Below are positions 51,341-61,525 of a stretch of DNA of 64,000 bases, piece by piece. Within the stretch, counting starts at the first letter, position 1. Every line of letters starts with the position of its first letter. The notes under the pieces were generated by a model, which was not told the origin of the DNA, made no database searches, and saw only the letters and a program-made list of their open reading frames with translations. The translations under genes and the position numbers were made by a program. Source of the stretch: Bacteriovoracia bacterium (GTDB taxonomy: Bacteria; Bdellovibrionota; UBA1018; JBFWNL01); assembly GCA_050251055.1 (NCBI GenBank), contig JBFWNL010000003.1, forward strand, positions 224,001 to 288,000, read 5' to 3'.

Positions 51341-51910
51341 TTACTTCTTCGCCTTGGCGTCCGCGGCCTTGGCATCTGCCTTAGCCGGAGCCGCTTCCGC
51401 CGCGCCTTCCGCCGGCTTCGCCGGGGCCGGAGCCGCCGCTTCGCGGGCCGCCTTGGTTTGGCGCATCGGCGCCATGGTCGCCGTGCGCTTCTTGATCTCG
51501 TCGTCCGTGCGCGAGATCGGCTTGCAGTGAAGCGGCAACTTATAGTTGGCGAGCTTCATCGCGCCGATCGCGTCTTCGCGCGGGATCCCGGCCATCTCGA
51601 ACAGGATGCGTCCGGGTTTCACGACTGCCACCCAGTCTTCCACCCCGCCCTTACCGGAACCCATGCGGGTTTCGGCCGGCTTTTTGGTGAGAGGCTTATG
51701 CGGGAAGATACGGATCCAGATGTTGCCGCCGCGCTTGATGTAACGGGACATCGCCACGCGGGCCGCTTCGATCTGACGGGAAGTGATCTTGCCGCAGGTC
51801 GTGGCCACCAGGCCGAAATCGCCAAAGTGCAAGGTCGCGCCGCGGTCTGCCTTGCCGCGCATCTTGCCTTTCTGCTGCTTACGCCATTTAACTCGCTTAG
51901 GGGCTAACAT
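51341..51910 (-). CDS. rplP: 50S ribosomal protein L16 with C-terminal extension
   Basis: [24 protein letters not shown]. Confidence 0.98.
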   Translation of the reverse strand: MLAPKRVKWRKQQKGKMRGKADRGATLHFGDFGLVATTCGKITSRQIEAARVAMSRYIKRGGNIWIRIFPHKPLTKKPAETRMGSGKGGVEDWVAVVKPGRILFEMAGIPREDAIGAMKLANYKLPLHCKPISRTDDEIKKRTATMAPMRQTKAAREAAAPAPAKPAEGAAEAAPAKADAKAADAKAKK

Positions 51911-51916
51911 GGTCGA

Positions 51917-52594
51917 CTACTCCCTCTTGCTGGCCAGGGCTTTCGCCTGGTCCGCGGCCTGACGCTTGAGGGTCTGCACTTCACCCAGGTAAACCCAGGT
52001 GCGCACGCCGATCAAACCGTAGGCGGTGTTGGCTTCCGAAAAACCGTAATCAATGTTCGCGCGCAGGGTGTGGAGCGGCACGCTGTCCTCGCTGTACCAT
52101 TCGCGGCGGGCGATTTCCGCGCCCCCGAGACGGCCCGAGCACTGGATCTTGATGCCCTTGATGCCCTGCTTGAACGCGGCGGTCATGCACTTCTTCATGG
52201 CGCGGCGGAAACCGACACGCTTGGCGAGCTGACCCGCGACGTTCTCCGAAATCAACATGGCGTTGGCTTCGGGATTCTTCACTTCGATGATGTTCAAGAA
52301 GACTTCCGAGGACGAAAGCTTCTGGATCTCGGCCTTGAGGCTCTCGACGCCAGCGCCCTTCTTGCCGATCACGATGCCGGGACGGGCGGTATGCACGTTC
52401 ACCTTCACCTTGTTCGCGGCGCGCTCGATCTCGATGCCGGCGATGCCCGCGCTAGCGAGCTTGGCCTTCAGGAAACGGCGGAGCTTCACGTCTTCGTGCA
52501 AGAGCTTGGCGTAGTTCTGCTTGGAGAACCAACGGCTGTCCCAGGTACGGGTGACGCCTACGCGGAATCCGATTGGATTAACTTTCTGACCCAT
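51917..52594 (-). CDS. rpsC: 30S ribosomal protein S3
   Basis: [23 protein letters not shown]. Confidence 0.98.
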   Translation of the reverse strand: MGQKVNPIGFRVGVTRTWDSRWFSKQNYAKLLHEDVKLRRFLKAKLASAGIAGIEIERAANKVKVNVHTARPGIVIGKKGAGVESLKAEIQKLSSSEVFLNIIEVKNPEANAMLISENVAGQLAKRVGFRRAMKKCMTAAFKQGIKGIKIQCSGRLGGAEIARREWYSEDSVPLHTLRANIDYGFSEANTAYGLIGVRTWVYLGEVQTLKRQAADQAKALASKRE

Positions 52595-52605
52595 TCTCTA
52601 TCTCC

Positions 52606-52950
52606 TCAAACCTTTTCCGCTAGCGTCACTTTAATGTGGCTAGTGCGTTTCTTGATGCCGAATGCCGAACCCTTCGCGCGCGGGCGGAAGCGTTTCAGCG
52701 TCGGGCCTTGGCAAACCAAAACCGTCTTCACAAACAGGTTGTCGACGTCGATGGCGCCCTTGCCTTTTTGGTCGGCGTTGGCCACCGCGCTCTTCAAGAG
52801 CTTGTGGAGGGCCATCGCGGCCTTCTTACGCGGCGAAAACCGCAGGTAAGTCAGGGCGAAGTTGATGTTCTTGCCACGGATCTCGTCGGCCAGAAGAATC
52901 ATCTTCCGGGGGGCGGACCGCATGAAACTGAGCTGTGCCTTCACTTCCAT
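52606..52950 (-). CDS. rplV: 50S ribosomal protein L22
   Basis: KRFRPRAKGSA...KRTSHI. Confidence 0.97.
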   Translation of the reverse strand: MEVKAQLSFMRSAPRKMILLADEIRGKNINFALTYLRFSPRKKAAMALHKLLKSAVANADQKGKGAIDVDNLFVKTVLVCQGPTLKRFRPRAKGSAFGIKKRTSHIKVTLAEKV

Positions 52951-52959
52951 ATTCGCTCC

Positions 52960-53280
52960 TTACTTCTTGTCCCCAGCCGGGGCGGCGGCGGCTGCCGGAG
53001 CAGCGCCTTCAGCCTTCTTGTCGGCAGGCGTGTGGCCATGGAACGTGCGGCTGATGGCGAATTCGCCCATCTTGTGCCCGACCATGTTTTCCGTGACGTA
53101 CACGGGAATGAATTTCTTGCCGTTATGCACGGCGAACGTCAGGCCCACGAAATCCGGGAGGATCATGGAACGACGGGACCAGGTCTTGATCACTTTACGG
53201 TCGCCCGAAGCTTTCGCGGCGGTCACCTTCTTCTCGAGGTGCGCATCGCAAAACGGGCCTTTCTTTAAAGATCTTGCCAC
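52960..53280 (-). CDS. rpsS: 30S ribosomal protein S19
   Basis: [23 protein letters not shown]. Confidence 0.98.
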   Translation of the reverse strand: MARSLKKGPFCDAHLEKKVTAAKASGDRKVIKTWSRRSMILPDFVGLTFAVHNGKKFIPVYVTENMVGHKMGEFAISRTFHGHTPADKKAEGAAPAAAAAPAGDKK

Positions 53281-53292
53281 AGTCGAATCTCC

Positions 53293-54123
53293 TTATTTCT
53301 TACGTTTCACGATGAAGCGATTGGTGCGCTTGTTGTTACGGGTCTTGTAACCCTTGGTCGGCTGACCCCACGGCGAACGCGGGTGACCGCCGGACGCCTT
53401 GCCTTCACCGCCACCCATCGGGTGGTCGATCGGGTTCATGGCCACGCCACGCACGGTCGGGCGAACGCCCATCCAGCGCATGCGGCCTGCTTTGCCGATC
53501 GTGATGTTTTCGTGTTCCGCATTGGAAAGCTGCCCGATGGAAGCGCGGCATTCGCGGTGAATGAACCGGATTTCACCACTCGGCAGCTTCACTTGACAGT
53601 AGGTGCCGTCCTTCGCCATGAGCTGGGCGAACTGACCAGCCGCGCGCACGAGCTTGCCGCCACGACCTGGCTCTACTTCCAGGTTGTGGAGCATGGTGCC
53701 CACGGGGATCAAAGCCAGCTGCAGGTTATTTCCCGGCAGAATGTCGGCCGCGTCGCCCGCGAGCACGGAATCGCCCACCTTCATATTGGCCGGGGCCAGG
53801 ATGTAGCGCTTCTCGCCGTCCGCGTAGTTCAGCAAAGCGATGAACGTCGTACGGTTTGGATCGTACTCGAGCGAAGCGACCTTCGCCGGGATATCGCGCT
53901 TATCGCGCTTGAAATCGATCACGCGGTACTTCTGGCGATGTCCGCCGCCTTGGTGACGAACCGTCATGCGTCCGTGGGCGTTACGGCCGCCCTTGGAGCG
54001 CTTGTCGGTGATGAGCTTGCGCGGCTTGCGCGGCTGCTCGTCCTTCGGCGTGAGCATCGAGAAATCGGCCACCGTCAGGTAACGGCGGGCGGGAGTAATG
54101 GGTCGGAATGTTTTAAGTGCCAT
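53293..54123 (-). CDS. rplB: 50S ribosomal protein L2
   Basis: [24 protein letters not shown]. Confidence 0.98.
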   Translation of the reverse strand: MALKTFRPITPARRYLTVADFSMLTPKDEQPRKPRKLITDKRSKGGRNAHGRMTVRHQGGGHRQKYRVIDFKRDKRDIPAKVASLEYDPNRTTFIALLNYADGEKRYILAPANMKVGDSVLAGDAADILPGNNLQLALIPVGTMLHNLEVEPGRGGKLVRAAGQFAQLMAKDGTYCQVKLPSGEIRFIHRECRASIGQLSNAEHENITIGKAGRMRWMGVRPTVRGVAMNPIDHPMGGGEGKASGGHPRSPWGQPTKGYKTRNNKRTNRFIVKRKK

Positions 54124-54153
54124 GTTATCCTCTTGCCTTTATATCCGTTGCTC

Positions 54154-54444
54154 TTATTGCGCTCCGAAGAAGTCGATCTTCTGGCCTTCGTCCAACGTGA
54201 CGATGGCTTTCTTCCAATTCGAGCGCTTCGTGGCGAAGCGGCCCACCATCTTGGCCTTACCGTGCATGGTCATCGTGTGCACGCGGCGCACGCGGACCTT
54301 GAACAGCTTCTGGACGGCGTCCTTGATCTCATGCTTGTTCGCGGCGGTCGCGACGCGGAACACGTAGCGGTTGCCCACCTCGGCGAGCGCCGTGCTCTTT
54401 TCGCTGATGACCGGCTTTTGAATCACTTCGTAAATGGTACGCAT
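54154..54444 (-). CDS. rplW: 50S ribosomal protein L23
   Basis: PVISEKS, WKKAIVTL. Confidence 0.97.
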   Translation of the reverse strand: MRTIYEVIQKPVISEKSTALAEVGNRYVFRVATAANKHEIKDAVQKLFKVRVRRVHTMTMHGKAKMVGRFATKRSNWKKAIVTLDEGQKIDFFGAQ

Positions 54445-54447
54445 AAA

Positions 54448-55065
54448 TTATCCGAGCCTCGCTTCCAGCTTCGCCACGGCTTGCTTGGTCAAAACGAGCG
54501 TGTCGTGCTTGATGATGTCGTACACGTTCAACCCTTCCGTCCGCAGGATGCGCACGTTCGGGAGATTACGTCCGGAGAGCTCCAGGTTCTGGTTCTTCTC
54601 GTCGACGATCAGCGCTTTCGTGAGTTCGAGCTTCTCGCGGATCGCCGCGAAAGCCTTCGTCTTGGCCGCCGAGAGTTTGAACTCGTCGACGATCATCACG
54701 CGGTTCGCCTTCACGCGTTCGCTCAAGGCCGCGCGCAGGGCGCCCTTCATCATGGTCTTGGGCGTGAACTGCTCGTAGGAGCGGGGAAGCGGACCGAACG
54801 TACGGCCACCACCGACCACCAGCGGGGAACGCTGGGAGCCGCGACGGGCGTTACCGGTGCCCTTCTGCTTGTAGGGCTTCTTGCCGCCGCCGCGGATTTC
54901 CGACTTGGTCTTCGTCTTGGCCGTGCCCTGGCGACGAGTCGCGAGCTGGGCCTTGATGACCTGGTGAATGAGCGGCACGTTCACCTTCGCGCCGAACACG
55001 GCGTCGCTCAGGTCGATCGTCCCGACTTTCTTCTTCTCAGTATTAATGACGTCTAAAGTTGGCAT
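54448..55065 (-). CDS. rplD: 50S ribosomal protein L4
   Basis: KPYKQKGTGNARRGS; start moved to ATG 55065 (MPTLDV). Confidence 0.97.
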   Translation of the reverse strand: MPTLDVINTEKKKVGTIDLSDAVFGAKVNVPLIHQVIKAQLATRRQGTAKTKTKSEIRGGGKKPYKQKGTGNARRGSQRSPLVVGGGRTFGPLPRSYEQFTPKTMMKGALRAALSERVKANRVMIVDEFKLSAAKTKAFAAIREKLELTKALIVDEKNQNLELSGRNLPNVRILRTEGLNVYDIIKHDTLVLTKQAVAKLEARLG

Positions 55066-55078
55066 AAAATCGTCCTTC

Positions 55079-55804
55079 TTACTTGGCCGCGGCCTTCTGC
55101 AGAGGCTTAATCGCCTTCTGGATGGTGACGATGCCGCTGCGCGGACCGGGCACGCTGCCGTGGACCAGCAGGATGCGCTTCTCGAGGTCAACGCCCACCA
55201 CCTTCACGTTTTGAATCGTGCGGGTGATGTGGCCCATGTGACCGGCCATTTTCTTGTTCTTGAACACTTTCGCGGGATCGGCACGGTTACCGATGGAGCC
55301 CGGGCTGCGGTGGCTGACGGAGCAACCGTGCGAAGCGTGCAGGCCTGCGAAGTGGTGGCGCTTCATCACGCCTTGGAAGCCCTTACCCTTGGACACGGCG
55401 GTGAGATCCACCATGTCGCCGACTTTCAAAAACTCGGCGGTGAGTTCCGCGCCGGCGGTGAGTCCGTCCATCTTGGCGGATTCTTCCAGGCGGATTTCGT
55501 TGTTCACGTAGTAACCCTTGCCGCCCGTCTTGTTGTAGTGGCCTTTTTGCGCCTTATTGATGCCCTTCACCGGCTTTTCGAGCAGGCCGATTTGCACGGC
55601 CTGGTAGCCGTCCTTGTCCTTCGTCTTCACTTGCGTGATGAAGTTCGGACGCAGGTCGATGACCGTCACGGCGACGGCGTCGCCCGCATCGTTAAACACT
55701 TGAGTCATCCCGGCCTTCACGCCGAAGATGCCGCCCGTCCCCTGTGACAAAGTCACACCCTGGGAAGGCGAAGCACTCGTGGTTGCTTCAGTCGTTTCAC
55801 TCAT
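55079..55804 (-). CDS. rplC: 50S ribosomal protein L3
   Basis: KAGMTQVF, SKGKGFQGVMKRH; start ATG 55804. Confidence 0.98.
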   Translation of the reverse strand: MSETTEATTSASPSQGVTLSQGTGGIFGVKAGMTQVFNDAGDAVAVTVIDLRPNFITQVKTKDKDGYQAVQIGLLEKPVKGINKAQKGHYNKTGGKGYYVNNEIRLEESAKMDGLTAGAELTAEFLKVGDMVDLTAVSKGKGFQGVMKRHHFAGLHASHGCSVSHRSPGSIGNRADPAKVFKNKKMAGHMGHITRTIQNVKVVGVDLEKRILLVHGSVPGPRSGIVTIQKAIKPLQKAAAK

Positions 55805-56023
55805 GTCGTTTCTCCAAGTCTCCGGACTTCTCCGGAGCACAACACCAATTGTCTGGTGATCAACCGTTCACAGCATCACCGGGAGGTCTTATCCTATTGC
55901 CGCCGGATGCTTTCATGAGACGATTTACAAAGCCGCGGACTTTCCGATTGGGAGCGAATTTACATTCGCTGCAAAAAGTAGTTTCCGTTGCTTTCTTTTA
56001 GAACCGAAAATCAGGACCTAAAA

Positions 56024-56344
56024 CTAGGACTTAATTTTCACATCGACGCCAGCCGAGAGATCCAGCTTCATCAGCGAATCAATCGTCTGTTGGGTCGGCT
56101 CGATGATGTCCAAAAGCCGCTTATGGGTTCGAATTTCGAACTGTTCGCGCGACTTTTTATCTATGTGAGGCGAGCGGAGAACGCAATATTTATTGATCAC
56201 GGTCGGCAGCGGGATCGGTCCCCGCACGCTAGCGCCCGTTCTCTTAGCGGTCTCCACGATTTCCCACACGGATTGATCGAGGACCCGGTGATCAAAAGCC
56301 AAAAGCTTGATCCGGATTTTGTGTTCTAAAACAGCCATTCTCAT
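56024..56344 (-). CDS. rpsJ: 30S ribosomal protein S10
   Basis: [26 protein letters not shown]. Confidence 0.98.
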   Translation of the reverse strand: MRMAVLEHKIRIKLLAFDHRVLDQSVWEIVETAKRTGASVRGPIPLPTVINKYCVLRSPHIDKKSREQFEIRTHKRLLDIIEPTQQTIDSLMKLDLSAGVDVKIKS

Positions 56345-56436
56345 CTCCTTTTAAATCCCAGGAAGTTCCCTCGCACGAGCAGATGAGTGCCCGACGAGCA
56401 ATCTTTCCCGAGTCATCAACAATGATTGAGGGAGGA

Positions 56437-56465
56437 GAGATACTGGTTCTGGATGTTGAAAGCAA
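56437..56465 (-). promoter_or_regulatory. Sigma70-like promoter of the S10 operon
   Basis: TTGCTT-N17-TATCTC about 90 nt upstream of rpsJ. Confidence 0.45.
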
Positions 56466-56758
56466 GCGAGAAACCCTTTGAGTTCAAGGGATCTACCGGA
56501 AGCTAATAACCAACCAAAAAACACTACTTTATAACCCGCCAAGGTCTTCTGCAGAGTCCAGGAAGGGCAACCTGCCTTGTCTCAAACCCTGACGAGTAAG
56601 GCACATTACGAAAAACCGCGGGTAGTTTCTTTTTGTAACTAGCCACCGAAGAGCTTGATACTTGAGCCAAATTCCCTCAAATGCCCCTTACCCAATCGAG
56701 GAAGCTACAGAAATCAAACTACCAAAAAGAAACTCGTGGCGTCTAGGAAGACAACAGT

Positions 56759-56773
56759 GCCTAAAGCTTAGGC
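56759..56773. promoter_or_regulatory. Palindromic candidate UAS GCCTAAAGCTTAGGC
   Basis: Perfect 6-bp arms; GTCTA half-site at 56741; ~88 bp upstream of a sigma54 promoter. Confidence 0.5.
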
Positions 56774-56860
56774 GTAAAGTCGCGGTGCCCAAGTCACTCG
56801 CGACACGGAGCGGCCCCCTGAAAATTCTCGGTTTTTCCGAAAGCACCCGTGCGGGCGGAA

Positions 56861-56877
56861 TTGGCCGCCTCCTTGCA
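56861..56877 (+). promoter_or_regulatory. Sigma54 -24/-12 promoter
   Basis: TTGGCCGCCTCCTTGCA (GG-N10-GC). Confidence 0.65.
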
Positions 56878-56957
56878 CCTTTGGTTTCCTGATTACGGGG
56901 TATCGGGGCCTGATAAAGAATTAGTCTTTCTTTACCGTCTTCCCACTCGGGGTAGAC

Positions 56958-59900
56958 ATGCCGACGCTGATTTCGGGATCTCGCGTTGTTCTGGGTTTAT
57001 TTTTCACCTTCACTGGTTTGACCGCCTCCGGCTGCCAAGCGCGCTTGGAGCCGCGCCTTACGCGCGCACCCGCGCTCGCCCGGCTCGATACGGCGGCACC
57101 AGGAGTGATCGACGAGTCCCGTGCCTCAGCCCAAACCGCGCCCACGCAAGGCCTACTAGGCAAGTATTTCGACAACGCGGATCTCACGAGCCTGAAGTTT
57201 TCCCGCATCGACGCCGCGGTCAACTTCGATTGGGGCGCGGGATCCCCCGACGCCTCGATGGATGCGGATACCTATTCGATTCGTTGGAAAGGAAGCGTCG
57301 AAGCGCCATTTTCCGCGCCCTTCACGTTTTACACCTGGTCGGACGACGGCGTTCGCCTCTGGATCAACGACCAGCTCGTGATCGACAACTGGACGGGCCA
57401 CTCCGCGACGGAAAACAGCGGCGTCGTGTACCTCGTAGGCGGGGAGCGCTATACCGTCCGCCTCGAATACTACGAAAACACCGGCAACTCGGTGATCGGC
57501 CTGAAATGGTCGGCACCCGGGCTCGCCAAACAGATCATTCCCAACTCCGCGCTTTTCGCACCGGGATCAACGGCTAACGGGATCGGCCTGGAAGGCAAGT
57601 ACTTCAATAATGTCGATCTCACCGAGCTCATGTTCCGGCGCCTCGACCCCCGCGTATACTTCCCCTGGGGCACGAGCGCGCCGGATCCAACGATGGGCGC
57701 TAACACGTTTTCGGTAGAGTGGAACGGCTTCGTGGTTCCGCTCCATTCGGAAAACTACACGTTTTATACCTACACCGACGACGGCGCGCGCCTCTGGATC
57801 GACGGGCAGCTCATCATCAACGACTGGCAAAACCACAGCGCCGCCAACCGCGCCAGCGCGCCGATCGCGCTCGAGGCCGGCGTGCGCTACCCCTTGCGCA
57901 TGCGCTACTACGACCAATCCGGCGAAGCGGTGGCGAAGCTGAAGTGGGAAAGCGCGAGCCAGGCCATGCAGGTGATTCAAACCAGCCAACTCTTCCCGCC
58001 GGAGCTAAGCCCGGTACTCGCGCCCAACATCGGCTACGAATCCAGCATCGTGGCGACGCAAGGATCTCCACTCGGCGCGGTGATACCGATCAACACCGGC
58101 GGCCCGATCTCGGGCTGCTCGGTAACGCCCGCGTTGCCGGCAGGCCTAAGCCTGGCCGCCACGACTTGCGGAGTGAGCGGCACACCCACGGCGAGCTCGC
58201 CCTTGGCGCAATATACCGTTACCGCCACGAGCCCACTAGGTAGCACTCAAGCGATCGTGCAAATTGGCGTCAACTCAGGTTCGAATCCTCCTCCCCCGCC
58301 GCCACCTCCGGCTGCGGCCCCGGAAGTGACCGTGACCCTGAACGGAGTGAACATCACCGACGGCCAAAGCGCGGCGATCGATTTCGGTTCGGTCGCGCAG
58401 AACGCTAGCGGACCCACCCGCGTTTTCCAGGTGAAAAATGACGGCAATGCCACCCTCACCTTGGGCACGGTGAATGTGCCGGCGGGATACGCACTTACGG
58501 AAGCCCTTTCCACCAGTCTCGCTCCAGGCGCCTCGGATACTTTTTCGGTGCGCCTGAACACCGGCGCGGCCGGCAGCTTCTCGGGTTCGGTGAGCTTCAC
58601 CAACAACGACGCCAACGAAAGCCCGTTCAATTTTTCCGTCACGGGCATGGTGACCTCAACGCCGCCCCCGCCGCCGCCGCCGTCGGGCAACGCGCCCATT
58701 GGCTGCAGCATACAGGCACCCTACGGATTGAGTGGCTACGCGCCTTTCACCGCTCACGTCCACGTCATCTCGGCGGGCTGCAATCTGCGAGCGGGAGATT
58801 ATACCTCGGCGCGCATCGAATGGGACTTTGGCACTCCAAGCGGAAACCCCTACCAGCTCGTCGGCTTCAACGGGTCGTATACGTACGATACGCCGGGCAC
58901 TTACACGCTCACGCTTCGGGTCGCGAACGAAACGGGTGCGATGTCGACTTACACGGCGCTCGTGAACGTGATGGCCGACAACCGCAGTGCGATCTACGTC
59001 TCGGCGGCGGGCAATGACAACAACCCCGGCACGCAGGCCGCGCCGATCGCGTCGCTCACGAAGGTGGGTCAGCTGCTTTCGGCCGGCCCGAATAACCGCG
59101 CCGTTTACTTTCGGCGGGGCGATACGTTCACCTGCGGCGGCACCTGCTTGAGCCTAACGGGACAAAACGTGCTCGTCGGCGCCTACGGATCGGGGGCCAA
59201 GCCCGTCATCGCCACGAACCAGACCACGAACTGGGGACGCATTATTAACCTCAGCGGAAGTCAGATCGTGGTGCAGGACCTAAAAATCCGCACCACGAAG
59301 TCCGGCGGCACCTGCGGAGACAATAGCGCGGCCAACGACTCCTGTCCGGCGGCGTTCGAGTTCTCGGGCACGAACCTGACCGCCCGCCGAAACGACGCCG
59401 ACAATCTGGGCTCTTTCTTGAAAGTGAACGGGTCGGCCAACGCCGTACTGCTGCGCGGGAACTCCGCGCCGGTGATCGGCGGGTACTTCGTGTGGGCCGC
59501 CGGCGGAAACGACCACGTCTACACGGAAAACACCGTGCTGGGCTCACGCGATCAGCATAACTTCCGCATGTACCACAACCGCGTCCTGCTCCACGGCAAC
59601 TACATGTCGACGGATGGCTCCAGCGAAAAACCGTGCATTGATTTCGCCGGCACCAACTACGGCTACGCGCGCATGAACACGCTCTTGGGCCGCGTTCGCA
59701 TTGGGTACTGGGACGGCTCGGGCAGCAATCCGTCGGGACGTAACTCCGTGTTCGAGGGCAACCACATCACCTGGTCTAGCCCCGAAGGCGCGATCTTCGC
59801 CTACCCGGGCGCAGACAACACGTACTTGCGCAACAACGTGATCATCGCCAATGGCGGCGTGGGCATCAAATTCATGCTGGTGGACGATGGGAGCGGAACT

Positions 59901-60386
59901 TGGGTATGGAGCGACCACTCGTCCAGCAACGTGAGGATCGTCCACAACACGATCGTCGACTCCAGCACGAGCGACCGCCAGGCCATCGTCCTGCGCCGGG
60001 TGACGCCGGACCCCGTGCTCGTCGCGAACAACGTCGTCGTGCGCCCGAACTCGCACCAGATCGAGAACGTCTTCTTGGAGGAGATCTCGAGCCTGCCCGC
60101 GCACTACGCTTTCATCAACAACCGGTACCGGACGCCGGCGAACGCGAACTGCGTCATCCGTTCGGGAGCCGCATGCTACTCGCTCACGAGCTGGGAAGGC
60201 TTTGGCTTTACGAGCGGCGAGAACGTGCATGGATATTCGGCCAGCTCGTTTTCGGCGGACTTCACGCCGCCGAATGACCCCATTTTCCTGAATGCCCCGG
60301 TGATCCCGGGAATCTTCGACGACTACTATGGTCGTCTGCGGGGGAGCGCACGTACGGCGGGGGCCCTGGAGCGAAACCCGCTCTAG
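56958..60386 (+). CDS. Large surface (lipo)protein: 2x PA14, putative Ig, choice-of-anchor-D/ASH-like Ig, PKD, right-handed beta-helix
   Basis: ASGC lipobox-like; WSDDGVRLW and TDDGARLW PA14 motifs; PALPAGLSL Ig; WDFG...YDTPGTYTLTLRV PKD; NT/NV/NN beta-helix repeats; poly-Pro linkers. Confidence 0.8.
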   Translation: MPTLISGSRVVLGLFFTFTGLTASGCQARLEPRLTRAPALARLDTAAPGVIDESRASAQTAPTQGLLGKYFDNADLTSLKFSRIDAAVNFDWGAGSPDASMDADTYSIRWKGSVEAPFSAPFTFYTWSDDGVRLWINDQLVIDNWTGHSATENSGVVYLVGGERYTVRLEYYENTGNSVIGLKWSAPGLAKQIIPNSALFAPGSTANGIGLEGKYFNNVDLTELMFRRLDPRVYFPWGTSAPDPTMGANTFSVEWNGFVVPLHSENYTFYTYTDDGARLWIDGQLIINDWQNHSAANRASAPIALEAGVRYPLRMRYYDQSGEAVAKLKWESASQAMQVIQTSQLFPPELSPVLAPNIGYESSIVATQGSPLGAVIPINTGGPISGCSVTPALPAGLSLAATTCGVSGTPTASSPLAQYTVTATSPLGSTQAIVQIGVNSGSNPPPPPPPPAAAPEVTVTLNGVNITDGQSAAIDFGSVAQNASGPTRVFQVKNDGNATLTLGTVNVPAGYALTEALSTSLAPGASDTFSVRLNTGAAGSFSGSVSFTNNDANESPFNFSVTGMVTSTPPPPPPPSGNAPIGCSIQAPYGLSGYAPFTAHVHVISAGCNLRAGDYTSARIEWDFGTPSGNPYQLVGFNGSYTYDTPGTYTLTLRVANETGAMSTYTALVNVMADNRSAIYVSAAGNDNNPGTQAAPIASLTKVGQLLSAGPNNRAVYFRRGDTFTCGGTCLSLTGQNVLVGAYGSGAKPVIATNQTTNWGRIINLSGSQIVVQDLKIRTTKSGGTCGDNSAANDSCPAAFEFSGTNLTARRNDADNLGSFLKVNGSANAVLLRGNSAPVIGGYFVWAAGGNDHVYTENTVLGSRDQHNFRMYHNRVLLHGNYMSTDGSSEKPCIDFAGTNYGYARMNTLLGRVRIGYWDGSGSNPSGRNSVFEGNHITWSSPEGAIFAYPGADNTYLRNNVIIANGGVGIKFMLVDDGSGTWVWSDHSSSNVRIVHNTIVDSSTSDRQAIVLRRVTPDPVLVANNVVVRPNSHQIENVFLEEISSLPAHYAFINNRYRTPANANCVIRSGAACYSLTSWEGFGFTSGENVHGYSASSFSADFTPPNDPIFLNAPVIPGIFDDYYGRLRGSARTAGALERNPL

Positions 60387-60421
60387 CCCCCCCCGATTCC
60401 GTTTCACATCGTTACGCGCAC

Positions 60422-60454
60422 GCAAGGGCGGCCTCGGGCCGCCCTTGCCGTTTT
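60422..60454 (+). terminator. Intrinsic terminator
   Basis: 12-bp perfect stem GCAAGGGCGGCC/GGCCGCCCTTGC followed by CGTTTT. Confidence 0.75.
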
Positions 60455-60480
60455 CGTGCATTCGGATTTATTTCGATTGA

Positions 60481-60550
60481 TACAATATTATGATTATTAA
60501 AATAATATTATTTATAAATATATGTTTTTATTAATTATTATTATTTATTT
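60481..60550. other. Extreme AT-rich tract
   Basis: 67 of 70 nt are A/T; contains palindromes AAATAATATTATTT and TATTTATAAATA. Confidence 0.85.
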
Positions 60551-60649
60551 AGATACATAAAAAATGACACATCTAGTAATTACCCGACAATCCCTGTAGT
60601 CTAATTAAGAGCCAAGCAAAGGAACTACCAACACAAGGGGACAATAGTT

Positions 60650-61063
60650 ATGGGTACGAAGGGACTTTTGACTTTAGCTTTAGTGAGCATCGCCCTGTCG
60701 ATCGCGGCCAACGCCAAGACATCCGGTCCATATGGCTTCTGTGCCAGCAAATGGCCTGGACCGGTGCCCGTGACGCCAAATCGCTGCGCCATTTTCGAAG
60801 ACAATGATCCATCTTCGAACGAGGGAGAATGCCGATTTCTTTATGACTACCTAAAGGATCACGCGATATACGTGCCTGGTCAGTACGGCCAAGCCGCGGC
60901 CTGTGAAGGCGCTACGCTGTATGCGACTTGCTTGAAAAACTTTGGCTGCTCGGCGGACTATCAACCACCGCAAACCGGCCCGGGCGAGAAGAACGAACCT
61001 ACGATTCAAGATTTAATCGATAGCCTGAAAAAGACCTGCGATTGCAAACTTACGGTCTACTAG
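60650..61063 (+). CDS. Secreted Cys-rich hypothetical protein (8 Cys)
   Basis: Signal peptide ending AANA; AAGGGGA RBS. Confidence 0.75.
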   Translation: MGTKGLLTLALVSIALSIAANAKTSGPYGFCASKWPGPVPVTPNRCAIFEDNDPSSNEGECRFLYDYLKDHAIYVPGQYGQAAACEGATLYATCLKNFGCSADYQPPQTGPGEKNEPTIQDLIDSLKKTCDCKLTVY

Positions 61064-61065
61064 AC

Positions 61066-61135
61066 GAATCAGGAACCGCGCCCGCCATCCGGTGCTCTCG
61101 CCCCAAAAAAGACCGGGCGGGCGCGGTTCCGATTC
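61066..61135. terminator. Long hairpin between convergent genes (possible bidirectional terminator)
   Basis: 15-bp perfect inverted repeat GGAACCGCGCCCGCC/GGCGGGCGCGGTTCC, extended by GAATC/GATTC. Confidence 0.6.
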
Positions 61136-61147
61136 CAAAATTTCGAC

Positions 61148-61297
61148 TTATCGAACCGCAGCCAATGCTTGCGGTGCCCGGGCCTGAGTGAGCTTGATGG
61201 GATTAGAAGCCGGGCGGCTGAAAACCGCGGCCAGTAAGACCATCAAAACTACGAAAGGGACACTCAACTCCACCATCTCCATCTTCAGCGCTCTCAT
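61148..61297 (-). CDS. Unannotated 49-aa small membrane/secreted protein
   Basis: GGAGGT RBS then ATG; MRALKMEMVELSVPFVVLMVLLAAVFSRPASNPIKLTQARAPQALAAVR; upstream sigma54 motif and downstream hairpin. Confidence 0.65.
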   Translation of the reverse strand: MRALKMEMVELSVPFVVLMVLLAAVFSRPASNPIKLTQARAPQALAAVR

Positions 61298-61356
61298 ACC
61301 TACCTCCGAATTTTCCAAACCCCAGTTCCGAACTGGGAATACCGGAAGCTCGATAC

Positions 61357-61372
61357 TTCAACGCTTGTGCCA
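61357..61372 (-). promoter_or_regulatory. Sigma54 promoter variant
   Basis: TGGCAC-AAGCG-TTGAA (-12 GA variant), followed upstream by an AT-rich IHF-like stretch. Confidence 0.55.
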
Positions 61373-61525
61373 CTAGTTATTTATCAATATTTTCAAATAT
61401 TTACGCTGTTTTAGCGTAAAATTCAGATAGAGCCAGCCTGCGCCCATGGAGCTGAAATGATACCGATTTCAGCTGAAATACCGGGGTCGATCCGCCATAC
61501 TCGCTCGATCGAAAGAGGAAAACCC

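Noticed and set aside
56351-56892. Short ORFs upstream of rpsJ (63 and 76 aa)
   Set aside because: No RBS or coding-like composition; the region is better explained as divergent promoters and leader
60466-60565. oriC unwinding element or dif site
   Set aside because: No DnaA boxes seen nearby, no dnaA/gidA context, and only a partial XerD-arm-like match
61188-61376. 62-aa plus-strand ORF in the track
   Set aside because: No RBS; the opposite strand has a better supported 49-aa ORF with RBS and promoter
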